A DNA stretch of 64,000 bases from Octopus vulgaris (lineage: Eukaryota), in the NCBI GenBank assembly GCA_951406725.2, contig OX597829.1, positions 3,472,001-3,536,000 of the forward strand, read 5' to 3'. Numbering within the stretch: position 1 is the stretch's first letter; every line of letters begins with the position of its first letter. This document shows, piece by piece, positions 26,001 to 38,565 of the stretch. Both the position numbers and the translations under genes were made by a program. The notes below the pieces were generated by a model. The model saw only the letters and a list, made by a program, of their open reading frames with translations. It was not told the DNA's origin and did no database searches.

Positions 26001-29000
26001 TGTGTGTTTATTGTTTTATTTTAAAAAAAGGGAAATCTTTATTTAAAAAAAAAAATGAGTCTATAACTGGCTGGAATCTAATCTGAAATCCTGCACTATA
26101 TGTGCTGAAAATTTTAGTGTCATAATTGGAAGAAAGAATACCAATGTGTTTACAAATTATAAACACATCCTAATTATAAATATTATCATGCATCTTGCAC
26201 CAGCTGGTATGTATTGAGGTATGTATAAGGTATGAATTCATAACAGTTTCTGAAGTCGGCCTTTGATTACAAACTTAATTTACAATTTTTAGATTATGCT
26301 AATTTAAGGTTTGATTTTTATAAAAAAGTTTTTTATCTATATACCTAGTTTAATAATACCTAAGATTCTGATAGCAATTTTGACAGAGATTAGTCAGGAA
26401 ATGGAAAATATATTTCTTTAATATTTTATGTAAGTACCGTAAATAAGTAATGTTTGCAATCAGGTGTATTTCTTAGTGGATAGCAACTAATTTGATGTAT
26501 TATAAAATAATAATAATAATAGTAATAGTAATAAACAAACAAGATATTGTTAAAAGATAACTTTTTTCTTTGTATTTAAAAATTTATGGCCTCAACTGCA
26601 ACAGTAGAATATGTAATTGTCAATTACTAATAGTGACTAAAGATACTTAAGTTTGCCATTTATAAACCTTCAAAAACAGCTTGTTGTAAGGCTGCAGGTA
26701 AATATTAGGAAAACTTCTCTCTATATGTCAACTGAGAATACTCTCAAAGCATGAGAATATGTTCTTTGATTCTGGTTATTTGGTAGATCTTGCTAGAATA
26801 TGTTAAATATAAAATGAATGCAAATTTTCATTCTTTTTAAAATACTTTTTTCATCTTTAATTATATTGAGTTTATACCAAGAATCATTCCTCTTTGGATG
26901 ATGAGTATATTGTTAGCAATAAATATAGTCCTTGGAAGGTATGTTATACCTGTCTTTTGTTATAAGGACAGTTGTAAGGTGACTGACTAGTGCCTCAGTT
27001 CCCCAAAACTTGGTTCCAGTCGTTATTACTTGTATTGCTGCATTCACCAAGGTCCATTACTCAATTTCCCTCCTTTATAAATTTATCTGTTGGCACTAGT
27101 AGCATATTAACCATTTCCTTGTGAGCAGTTAACATTTAACTCTTTAATATTTGGATTACTTTGACAAATGTAATGCTCATTTGTTCACTCTGTTTTGCAT
27201 CGATCATTCATTCATCTTGTAGCTTCAAGATTTTTAGAATGTCATAGTACAGTACATGTGAGAAACCAGATCTGTCAGGTCATAAGACAAGTAGATTATT
27301 TGGAGCAGATATGACTGGTTTAAATGCTAAAAGCTTAAGAACAACTGAAAAGTAATTCTCGGTGGGTGGGGGATAATCTTAAGTAGGAGGATAATTTTCT
27401 CGAGGAATAATTGTGCTTTCCATTACAAATGATCTATTATAAGGAAACGGCAACTTTTCAGTTTTCTGTGTTTCTTGGAAAACTATTGAATTCAGTTTGT
27501 ACTAACATCTAGAAGTCTGTAAAAAAGACATGCTGTAGTCGCAGCTTGGAACTGAATTTACCATTTGATGTTTTGAGATAACCCTCAAATTTCCTTTATT
27601 GGCATCATGAAAATATTAAACACCAAAGTAGGTTTTTTTTTTTTTTTTTTTTTTTTTGGCCAGTGGGAATTAATATCACCATTTTTCTTATATCTGACTT
27701 TACATCTCAATTAGCTTGTAAAAATCTAATATAGGTCTTATCTTTTTCTAAGGTTCTTTTGTATGAGAGGTATAGCCCCCCCCCCTCATTCAGTAGCATT
27801 TTAGCATCAATCATTTAATATCAAGCAATCGGTTAATAATTGGAAAACTTAAGTGATCTAAATTGTTGTAAATTTTCTTCTATATCCAAAGCAGATTATT
27901 TTTTTTCATTTCTAAAACCCAAAAGCATCTTAAATTTTAAAATGAAAAGTATATTATAGGCTATTTTCCATTTCGTTTACTGCCTCTTCACCCTGGTCAA
28001 TTTAAAAGCTTTCCCTAATCATATCATGCAAACATGCATTTTGTTGAAATTTTAAGATATAAATACATTATATATATTTAAATTAATATGGTGTGAACAC
28101 TTGCTAACCTATTTTCCAAATATTAAATTATGGAATGCTCAGTTATATACTTATAAATTATATTTAAGAAAAATTCTTAATAGCAGAAAATTATTTATGG
28201 AATGTATTCCTAGTAACTACAAGTCTTTACTTCTGATTTATTTGTAAATCTAGTTCTTATGGTATGTTTGTATGTGTCATATTTATATATACACATGCGT
28301 CTCATAAACTTAACTATTTCTATAGCAAAATTTAAGTTAATATTCTCAGGTACAGCAGAGATGATAAAATTTGTATTTCTGTGATGTTCCACTATGTTAG
28401 ACACAAGCTTTTAAGTCTTCAGTTTGCACTGTGACTTAACCATTTCATTAATAATAATGATTAACAAAAAAAAAAAAAGGTATCTCAATGATAGAGCATG
28501 GTGAATCTATATTAAATTTCATGTCTAGCATTAACCCAATTAAACTGATCATTTTATCTTGGTATCAATAATTATTTGATGGCTAATCCTTCACTTGAAT
28601 CTTAGCTCTAGATTATGATGTTAAAATTGTGGTGCGCATGTTAATTAGAATCTACTAACTAGAATTTAAGAACGAACTATACAAAATGTAATTTTAAGAG
28701 AAAGCCGATTAGTGTATTATCTGTTTTCTTAAAAAGGCAAGACCGTTAAGAGACTAGATATCAGGGAAGATCCAGTCAGGCTTGCAGTTGACAAAACTAT
28801 CAGGTAAATGGTAACAAGGATATCTTCAGTTTATGCTAATTAATCTGAAAATAATGAGCACTGGCACTCAACAATTACACTCATCGCATTTGTAGTACAA
28901 GGAGTTGGGTGGATGTGGGCACTGTCAGTTATTTACTTTTAACTGGACGAGTTTTCTGCATTCAGACAGCTATTTGTTATAGTATTTTGTTATTTTTGGA

Positions 29001-29045
29001 CACCTAGTCTTACTACATCTTAATGGTCCTCACTTTATGTTGCAG

Positions 29046-29081
29046 GTCTATGTATGTGACATTGATCATGAACCAATGCCT
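29046..29081 (+). CDS. dom: 36-nt microexon VYVCDIDHEPMP (A-isoform specific)
   Basis: TTGCAG acceptor; donor CCT|GTAAGT; phase 0-0; restores AYNQ-VYVCDIDHEPMP-MWAPPTPPQD, colinear with EP400 (…YVYEDVDGQTEVMPLWTPPTPPQD). Confidence 0.85.
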
Positions 29082-30111
29082 GTAAGTTTACCTTAAAAGT
29101 TTTTCATCTCATCCAAATGATGAATACAAACTTCATATTTATTTTTTATTTTCGGAAAAATATTGCCAAAAAGAGAAAAAAAAAGACCTAAATACAGACC
29201 TTTTAATTCCCTCATCTCATTTTCCAAACCTGCCAAGAATTACATTGATTTTAATTTTTAGTATCATAGTTAGAAGCCATCAATTGAATATTACCTTACT
29301 GCATCCGTATTCCTTTGGGGAGAGTACTAGGTGCTCATTTCTTCTGATTCAATATATCACCTGCCCAAAATCAATAGGTTTTGTTTATAAAATAACACCA
29401 AATTTTAGTTGGATATATTAGTCCTTTTCTTATCCTGTGTATCACGTGATGCACTTAACATATTTCTCTGGCATTTGTGTAGCATAAAAGGATTCACATT
29501 CCCATTTCAACCAGCAGAGTGACTTGGGTGTTATGAAAGAAAAGCTGTATATTATTCAGAACATATGAAATAAGAGCCAGCTAAAAGTCTGAGAACAAGC
29601 ATGGATGTTTAGGACAAACTTATGAAAATACTTTGAACAAGAAAAAGGGTTAATAGTTGCTGGTAATATTGGCAGTGAAGGCTTGTTTGTAGTTACCGTT
29701 CTAACTGTTTGCTCTTGCAGATGATTAAGAATATTGATTCACAACCACTTGGTTCTGCACTTCCATTGCCCAGTATATATGGCAAGTATCTTCTGCCACT
29801 AAGTGACCATTTCAGTTCTTGAATAGTTGACTTGTTGCCTAATTTAACACCACTACCTGGATCCTGGGTGACTTTTAATAGAAGCATTCACCCTTGGCCT
29901 CCAGTTTGAGGAGAACTTAGTGCTTCCCTCTTGGGAACCCTGAAATAAGTATTAAATTTCTCCTTTAACTAAGCCATTAGAAAATAATAATTTAGTTAAA
30001 ACTTCTTAATTAGGAAAGTCACAAAAAGACTGTTCTCACTGCATAGGCAAGTCTTCTACTATAACAATTTTATCCAATACCTTGTGATTTATATATATAT
30101 ATATATATTGA

Positions 30112-30400
30112 ATCGTGGCTGAAGCCAGTGCCGCCTCGACTGGCTTCCGTGCCAGTGGCACGTAAAATGCACCAATCCGACCGTGGCCGTTGCCAGCCTT
30201 GCCTGGCACCTGTGCGGGTGGCACGTAAAAAGCACCTACTACACTCGCGGAGTGGTTGGCGTTAGGAAGGGCATCCAGCTGTAGAAACATTGCCAGAATA
30301 GACTGGAGCCTGGTGCAGCCTTCTGGCTTCCCAGATCCCCGGTCGAACCGTCCAACCCATGCTAGAATGGAGAACGGACGTTAAACGATGATGATGATGA
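30112..30400 (+). mobile_element. RTE-tail SINE/LINE 3' fragment; copies at about 33958-34214, 55448-55667, 61280-61500
   Basis: Shared GGAGTGGTTGGCGTTAGGAAGGGCATCCAGC…CCAACCCATGCTAG…GGACGTTAAACGATGATGAT. Confidence 0.8.
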
Positions 30401-33400
30401 TACACACACACACATATAGTTAGATATATATATGTATGTGTGTATCATAGGTGTCAGCATGGTTGTATTCCTAAAAAGCTTGCTCCCAAGCATGTGATCT
30501 TGGATTCAGTCCCACTGCACACCACCTTAGGCAAGTATCTTCTACTACACCTCCTGGCTGATTAAAACTTGTGAGTGGATTTGGTAAACAGAAAGTGAAG
30601 AAAACCTGTTGTGTGTTTGTCTTTGTGTGCATGGCCCCTGCCTTGACACCATGTGATGATTGCTAAACGAGTATCGCTATCATATAAGCAGTGGTGTTTG
30701 TTTCCAATGTTCCATGAAAGACACATCTGACAATGGAGAAATATTAACTTGTTTGGAGGCAAGGGACAGTTAGCAGCAGAAAGGGCATCTGGCCGTAGAA
30801 AATCTATCTCAGCATATTCCATCCAAGCCATGCATTCTACTATTTCACTAATTTTCCGGGACATGTATATATACATATATGAAACCAAGTATAGTATTGT
30901 TCATTAATATATGTCTCCGATATCCCCTTTTGCTTTCATAGGGGTGTCACGACGTAAAAGAGGTTGTGCACTTGCTAATCCACTCTTGCCATTGGTTTCT
31001 AACTGGGGCAAAATTAGCATACATTAAGTTTAATATTTCATAGATGTCCATTAACACTTTCTCCAGCACTATGGTGCTCTGTGATCTTATATTTGTTATT
31101 CAAAAGAATAGCCAAAGGTAATTCTGATCATCTCAAAATCGTGTCCAGTCATGATTAGTCTTTTCAATTGAAAAAATCGTAAAAATGCTATAAGCATAGC
31201 TGAGTGGTGAAAAAGTTAGCTACCCACCCTCACAAACCTCCAGTCATCTTCACTATACACACCACCTTGTAACTTGAAGTATGGCCCCTCCTCATTACAT
31301 CTTGACTAGCTTTCATTCCTCTCTATCTGAGGAAGCCATGTCTCTCTTCTAATGCAAAACGCCTTTTTCTCTCCCTCACTATTACTCCCCACTAGTTGCA
31401 AGAGTCTTGTCTTGCAAGTTAATTGGTGACCTCACTGTTGCTGGTGCCATGTACTAAAGGAGTTGGTGTTAGGAAAGGTAGCCAACTGTAGAAGCCATAT
31501 CAAACCGACAGCAGAGGGAGTTTAGTGTAGTCTTCCGACTTCCTGTTGAAGCATCCTATCCATGCCAACATGGAAAATGGACATTTAATGATGATGAGTT
31601 TGATCCCACTGGACAACAGTCTTTACCAAAGACTAAGGTTGACACAAGCCTTGTGAGTGAAATTGTAATGATAGAAACTGTGCTGAAGCTTATCACGGCT
31701 AAATATTATTCAAATACCTATTAAGAGTAATTGTATCTAAGGAATACTCAACCACCTTGTTGTGCAGGTTGCATGGTTGATCTAGCAGCTGGTCACTCGT
31801 GCTTCAAAATGAACCTCAAGCATCCATCGAGAACTAAATTACAATGTTGCATATATTGGCCAACATTAGGACTTCACATAAGTGAACTAATGTAATTCTT
31901 TATGAATGTAATGCAAACATCATAGATTTTTGTTACTGAACAGAAACCCACCAACTCACCTGGCAATTTTGAACTGGAAATGATGGGTTTCCCGTATAGC
32001 TTACAGGAACTATTTATTCATTTTTATGGGGTCCCCCCCCCCCCCATATCAGCATGGCTTGGACAAATATATATTATTGAGGGATTGTTTTACGGCTGGA
32101 TGCTTTTCTTGATGCTAACCCTTACATGTTTTTCAAGTAAGGAAATTTTCATTCCGTTTATCTTTGCAAATGCAGAGCTAGCAGATGATTTTTCCTTTTT
32201 TGAGTGGGATATGTCAACAAATAATACCATCTGTAGCTCAGCTCAACACAGAAAGTAAACATTCACACATGCATGCAAATGGACAAAATGGTCATTGTAC
32301 TTTTTGTCTATGAAATTCACTCATGAGGCATTTGTTGGTCGGAGGCTATAGAAGACACCTATCCGTAGTGCTGTATCGTGGGATTGAATTCAAAACCATG
32401 TGGTTGTAAAGAGGACTTTTTAACTGCAGAGACATGCCTGCACTTTTCAGCATAAAAGAAAAACTGGAATCATACTATTTGGGATTAGGGGCCATGAGAA
32501 CATTGTCCTGTGAGGAATGCTGTGCTGACTTCCAGATACGTTTAAATGCAGAGGAGTTGAGAAGAAAGTATTTGTTGTTAGCCAAGTTTTCCAGGAGTAT
32601 GATACTAGTTTTGTCTTGTGATGTGTATGGACAATTCAAGCTGGAAAATACTTTCAGTTGCTGGTGGAATCCATCTAAAATGGAAGCAGACAAAGGAAAC
32701 GGTGAAGTAAAACTTACAAGTATTGCATTAGCCCCCTTCTAACTATATGGAGGTGCAAGAGGAAAGACTTGTATCTCTTTAAACTAAATGTTCCAACATG
32801 GAAGAGTATGTATCATTGTTGATTTTAGATGAGCACTAACTCATAATAGGAGAAGAACAGAAAATGGCATGAGATTGGTGAGATATGAAGAATTATGAAA
32901 CAGTTGCCTCATCATGTGGTCTTTTTTTTTTTTTTTTTTGGCAGTGTATACTATGTGTGAGATGTTCTATGATTTATAGGAATGAAGCATGAGTAATGAT
33001 TGAAGAGCAAAGAGGAATAGTTGCAAAGTACAGAAACGCGAATGGTTCTAAAGATGGATAAAGTATTGTTGAGAGGTGGGGGGGAGGTCAACAATGAATT
33101 GTAGAGAGAGTGGGGGTGGGGGTGGAATTGAGTAATCCAGTGGTAATGAGTGTTATGTAGACAAATGGTGTAAAGTGGTTGAGTCATGTACTGAGGAAAG
33201 ATGAAAGTAGTTGTGAGGAATGATTGAAATAGATGTGGAAGGAAGTAAAGGAAAAGAAAGACCAAGTAAGATCTGATTTAAAATGACAGAGAAAGAAATA
33301 AGGGTTGGTGGTTGATGGAAGGCAGAGGATAGGGTCAAATGGAGAAGATTGCCATAGGGCCTGCAAGGTAAACTCCTAATTTTTGTTGTAATTGAATTTT

Positions 33401-33925
33401 TATTCAATTCCCAGATAGTTAAATACACAGCTTACAGTTGGGATGGATATTTATATATGTGCATATGTGGTTCTACATTGTCTGAGCCACAATACATTCC
33501 AGTAAATATTAATGAATCCTTACCAACTTAGTACCAGTAATATTTGATGGTAGCTGCCATTATTACTGTAAAGAGTGAATGCATTGTTTTATTTCTTTAT
33601 CTGGGAACAGCATTAAACACGCTTCACATCTAATGTGCAGATACGCTATTTGCAAATATGAACAAATTTGCTGTTACAAAATATTCATTGATATGAAATT
33701 AATCAAGAGATAATTCCGGGTTGCCATTCAGTTTTGCAAAGTCATATTTTTTAAAGTTTTTATTAAAAATATACACAAGACAAAAGTTAGAAATGTGGGT
33801 CTATTGACGTAGGTTATGTTTAGATGAGTTGTTGGGCCCAGAATCTCCTTAAAGTTTCTATATCATTGCAAGAAATTAGGAACAAAGATGTTTATACATT
33901 CATTCATGTGTACGTATGTATGTAT

Positions 33926-33957
<32 letters not shown>

Positions 33958-34524
33958 GTGCTGGCTTCTGTGCCGGTGGCAGGTAAAAAGCACCAAACGA
34001 TCGTGGCCGCTGCCAGCCTCCCCTGGCACCTGTGCCAGTGGCACATAAAAAGCACCCACTACTCTCACGGAATGGTTGGCATTAGGAAGGGCATCCAGCT
34101 GTACAAACACTGCCAGATCAGACTGTAACTTGGTGCAGCCTCCTGGCTTCCCAGACCCCGGTCGAACTGTCTAACCCGTGCTAGCACGGAAAACAGGCAT
34201 TAAATGATGATGATGTGTGTATATACAGACATCACAATGTACTGATGCCATGTTGAAAGCACCCAGTACACTCTGTAAAGTGGTTTGTGTTAGGACAGGT
34301 AACCAGTTGTAGAAGCCATGCTAAAACAGACAAAGTAACTTGGGCAGCTCACAAGCAAGCTAGCTCCTGGCAAGCCATCAACACATGTTAGCATGGAGGA
34401 CAGCTGTTAAATGATGATGATGTATGTGCTCTGTATATCTGTGCATGTATGTATTGAAGGTAAGGTTATATTCTTTTCAATATTGAAATATTCAAAGCAC
34501 TTTTTTTATTCTCTGTTTACATAG

Positions 34525-34681
34525 ATGTGGGCTCCTCCCACACCACCCCAGGATGACAACGATGTCTATATTGATCAAACAATGTTCTTCTTATATGAAC
34601 CCACCATTATGCCGGAGACCCAGCTACCACCTGTCTACATCAGAAAGGAACATAAGCGACCCAAAATTGAAACTGTTACAA
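34525..34681 (+). CDS. dom: A-isoform exon (MWAPPTPPQDDNDVYID…LPPVYIRKEHKR)
   Basis: EP400/DOM-A signature motif; ATAG acceptor; donor A|GTATGT. Confidence 0.95.
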
Positions 34682-35810
34682 GTATGTATATTGAATTCTC
34701 AGATATGTTACTAAAGCAACCCACTCAAATCAGTATTAATGTGTTTGTTTATATTTTGATAATTCAAATCTCAATTAAAACTTTGTTAACGGGGATGAAC
34801 TGATATTTTTGGATAAAAAATGTTAATGGTAATTTGAAACAAATTCTCAACACAATAATACTGAGCATCTTGTTGCTTTATCAGAGTAATTGATTTCTTC
34901 TTAGTTTTTTATGTTGGTATGTTAATCAGTTTCATATCAGTTTAAAATTTTTGAAGGCTACTTGAATATTTAAAAAATTTTATCATTTGTCTTTGTCTTA
35001 GAGCCACGAATTTTCTTTTGTCTTATACTTATAAGACAGAAAAACTGCATCTATTTTTGTAGATAGATTGCAGTTTAACACCAGTAACTTACCCAGATAA
35101 TAATTTGCTATGTTTTCCTGAATCTTGGTGGACTGAGTTAGGTAGAATGTAGAGTAGTGCTTAAATACAATGAAATGCCTTACAGTAGAATCGAACTTGG
35201 GAACTACAAGTTAGTAGTTCCATGCTATAATCACTTGGCTATTTTTCCACTACAACATATATTCACTAAATGCACAATTTCCTGTTTGCTCTCCCTTAAA
35301 GCTAAAAGACTGAGCAAGAAATATATTTGGAAAATAAGAGTACAACGCTTATGTTAGTACTCAAGACACACTGTGACACAACAAGCTATGATTATCAAAA
35401 ATTTACAAATCCAAGTATTTTTTATTAAGAGCTTGTTCTAAGCTTTATCTTTAATACTTTGTCGCAAAGTTTCACAAAAAGAAGACCTTGTTTTGTTTAT
35501 AGAGGTTCTTTGATGCTAAATTATTTAAAGCCATTTATCTGAATTAGTGATTACACTTTGCGAAGCTCCAAATTTGTTTGACTTTTATGAATCTTTCTTA
35601 TGAGTTTACAGTTTTGTTTTTGCCTTTAAGTAAAATTTTATTGTATTAAACGGACAAAATCCTTTTGTAACTTTTGTCCTGTATTTTGTCCTTAAATGTT
35701 TTATTTGATTTTTGTTAGCCCTTGTGGCCAATAAATGAACAAATTATTATTATTACTACTCCTGTTGTTGTAAAAACACCAATTATCTTTAGATTCGTTA
35801 CTCACAACAG

Positions 35811-36040
35811 CTCGTAAACAGAAACAACGCAAAGAAGAGCAGTTACGAGTTCCTCGGTCCCTATTCGATCGTCCGACGGCAGCACAGCTGAAGATGCGCC
35901 GTGAAGCGAAAATGCAAAAGCTTAAACATGGTTTAATTAAGAATTTCCGCTCAATATCGTCTGTGTCAAGCAAACAGCCAATGGAACAGGCTGAAGAACA
36001 TCCGGAATGGTTAATTCATGAAGACTGGGCTTTATTACAG
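35811..36040 (+). CDS. dom: A-isoform exon (RKQKQRKEEQLRVPRSLFDRP…EWLIHEDWALLQ), start of SANT/Myb domain
   Basis: PRSLFDR and EW…EDWALLQ are EP400-type motifs; donor CAG|GTTAGT; alternative in-frame acceptor at 35793. Confidence 0.93.
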
Positions 36041-36410
36041 GTTAGTTGTAATTTTTAAACCATTATATATGTATGGAGATGTACTTACATAGCAAGTGAC
36101 CTGATCTGAGATTGTGTGCTGGAACAAAGACAATGATGCAGCATGGAATTTTGTCAGTGAACAGGTCTCAAAGTAGCGAAAATATTTTGGTAAATTAAAT
36201 TTAAATGTTGAAATGGATCTAACGGTTTTTGTGTGTTTCTTAAATGGCTTATAAACACCTTCCATGCTCAAATTATATATGGATGCATATATACACACAC
36301 ACACACACACACATCTAATGTATAAGTGGGAGAGTGATGTATTTTTTGCTATTTTATTGATGTTGTTCCATATTTTGGTAATTTGAATTGCATTTTTGAT
36401 TTTATTACAG

Positions 36411-36638
36411 GCTGTTCTGACACTTTTGGACTTGGCTCTGAATTTAACAGTTTTGTCTCCTGCTCGCATTGCAAACTGGGAGTTAGTTGCAGATGTTGTT
36501 AATTGCTGCAGCAGGAATTACCGATCTCCAAAGCAATGTAAAAATCGTTATGAAAATATTATTATTCCACGTGAAGAAGGCCGTGTTTTATACGATATGA
36601 ATCCAAGAAAACAGAAGAAAACTAAAGGAATATACAAG
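36411..36638 (+). CDS. dom: A-isoform exon, SANT/Myb-like domain (NWELVADVVN…YRSPKQCKNRYENIIIPREEG)
   Basis: Resembles the EP400/Eaf1 SANT domain; TACAG acceptor; donor AAG|GTATAA. Confidence 0.96.
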
Positions 36639-36789
36639 GTATAATTTAATTCAATGTTAGATTATATTTCCTGAGTTAAAAAAAAAGAAAACAGCAGAAA
36701 TGTACTTGTTGGAGGGGGTTAAGATTTGTCATGTTTAAAAAAAATCTGGAAAAATCCCAATTAAATGCTTTTAAACTTTTCTTTCGCAG

Positions 36790-37083
36790 ACAAAGAATAA
36801 CCGACCAATCAAAACAAGCCAGCTTTATGGGCAAGATAGCTATGCTGCTGTTACCACTCTGTACTCTGGCCGTTTTGACATGATAAAAAGTCTGGCAAAT
36901 AAACGACAGCCTCCGCTAAGGCAGACTACCAACCAAGGGCAGAAGAATCCTAAACACACATCTGTGCTTCAGAGCAGCGGTATTAACTATGATTTACCAT
37001 TGGATCCAGTTCAAGTTGCTTTGATCAGAGCAGAGAGGATTCAACGAGAGAAGAAGCAGAACCAAGCTGCTGCAGCCGCTGCT
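36790..37083 (+). CDS. dom: A-isoform exon (TKNNRPIKTSQLYGQD…GINYDLPLDPVQVALIRAERIQREKK)
   Basis: Resembles EP400 KNNRPLRTSQIYAQD and GINYD.PL.P.QVA..RAERI; donor GCT|GTAAGT. Confidence 0.95.
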
Positions 37084-37322
37084 GTAAGTTTTCTTGTTGT
37101 TCACTTTGGTTGTTGTTATTGTTTGTATTGGTTTGAATGCTACATTTTATAGTGCAACTAGTATTTGGGTGAATGGTGTTTGTTACAGTTCATTTTGTGA
37201 CTGCGATGGTTTTGTTAAGCAGTGTCGATTTTAATAATTTTGTAATTAATAATAATAGTATTACGGAGATGTACTTGCATAGCAAGTGATTTAATCTGAG
37301 ATCGTGTGCTGGAACAAAAACA

Positions 37323-37548
37323 ATTGCAGCGTGGAAGGTGTTTATAAGCCATTTAAGAAACACAAATTTAATTTGTCAAAATATTTTCGTCGCTTTGAGA
37401 CCACGACCTGTTCACTGACAAAACTTCGTGCAGGTCGCGGTCTGAAAGTGATGAAAATATTTTGACAAATTAAATTTAAATGTTGAAGTGAATCGAACGG
37501 TTTTTGTGTGTTTCTTAAATGGCTTATAAACACCTTCCACACTGCAAT
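37323..37548. mobile_element. hairpin MITE; partial second copy at about 36070-36270
   Basis: TGGAAGGTGTTTATAAGCCATTTAAGAAACACA … TGTGTTTCTTAAATGGCTTATAAACACCTTCCA. Confidence 0.8.
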
Positions 37549-38565
37549 AATAGTATTTTATAAGCTTAAAGCTTATAGGTGATCACTGCACAATGACTAA
37601 AGAAGATAGCCTAATAATGAGGCTTATAAGCCCTCCACAGAAAAAGTAGGTTTACCTGTACACCTGGGTTTCAAAACCACCCCTCTTTGTTTACACGACC
37701 AAGTGTGCTATGGTTACCCTAACACACAAACCTACTTCTTTCTGTCAGATTTAAGAACTATAATTAGTTTATAGTTGTTTTTGTAAACAAACTTTCATAT
37801 ATTTATAAATGTATCAACCTCTATCTACACATTCAAATTTTGAATTCTAACTTTTCATGGAATGTTTCAATCCTCTTCAATTATTTAATTTTTTCACTCA
37901 TATTCGGTGTATCACCATGGCTTGATATACTGGTCTTTTCTTATAAATGCTGTGCTTGATATTGGAATTCAGAATTTGAAAGTGTAGATAGAGGTTGACA
38001 CACTATTCTTGCTGGTCTCCACACATGTAAGCCCAAAGGTAGGTTATTTTGTGTCAATTTGTATCTACAGGAATGTTCTCCAGAAGAGAAGAATGGAACC
38101 ATTAGGTTCCTAACTTCAAAATTGCAATAGAGAATTAACCTTTTATTTTAAAATTTTGAATGCTATGTCACGTTGCTTGCTGACAGCTTTCTGAGGAGAT
38201 AGAATATGAGTGTTAATAGTGGCTTTATGGTGGCTTTGAATGCAATTTCTAGACATCTTGTGTCTGTGTGTGCATCCATTATAGATTGTGATTTATTCAT
38301 AATTATATACACCTCATATATATATATATATCATGCTAACATGGAAAACGAACGTTAAACGATGATGATGATGATATAACTCCAAGAAAGTTAGGGGTTG
38401 TAAATCCAACCCACTAAGGGATAATATCTATCTAATATACTGCTGGTAGAATACCCAATTATTAATACACAAGTGTTGTTTAATAAATAAATAAGTTAAC
38501 ATAATTTAATGTCCAAATGTTGATGAACCACCTGTTGTTCTCCTCCATTTTCTTATTTGCTATAT

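Noticed and set aside
32434-32742. 102-aa ORF in an A-isoform intron
   Set aside because: No homology recognised and no clean splice sites; probably a decayed LINE fragment
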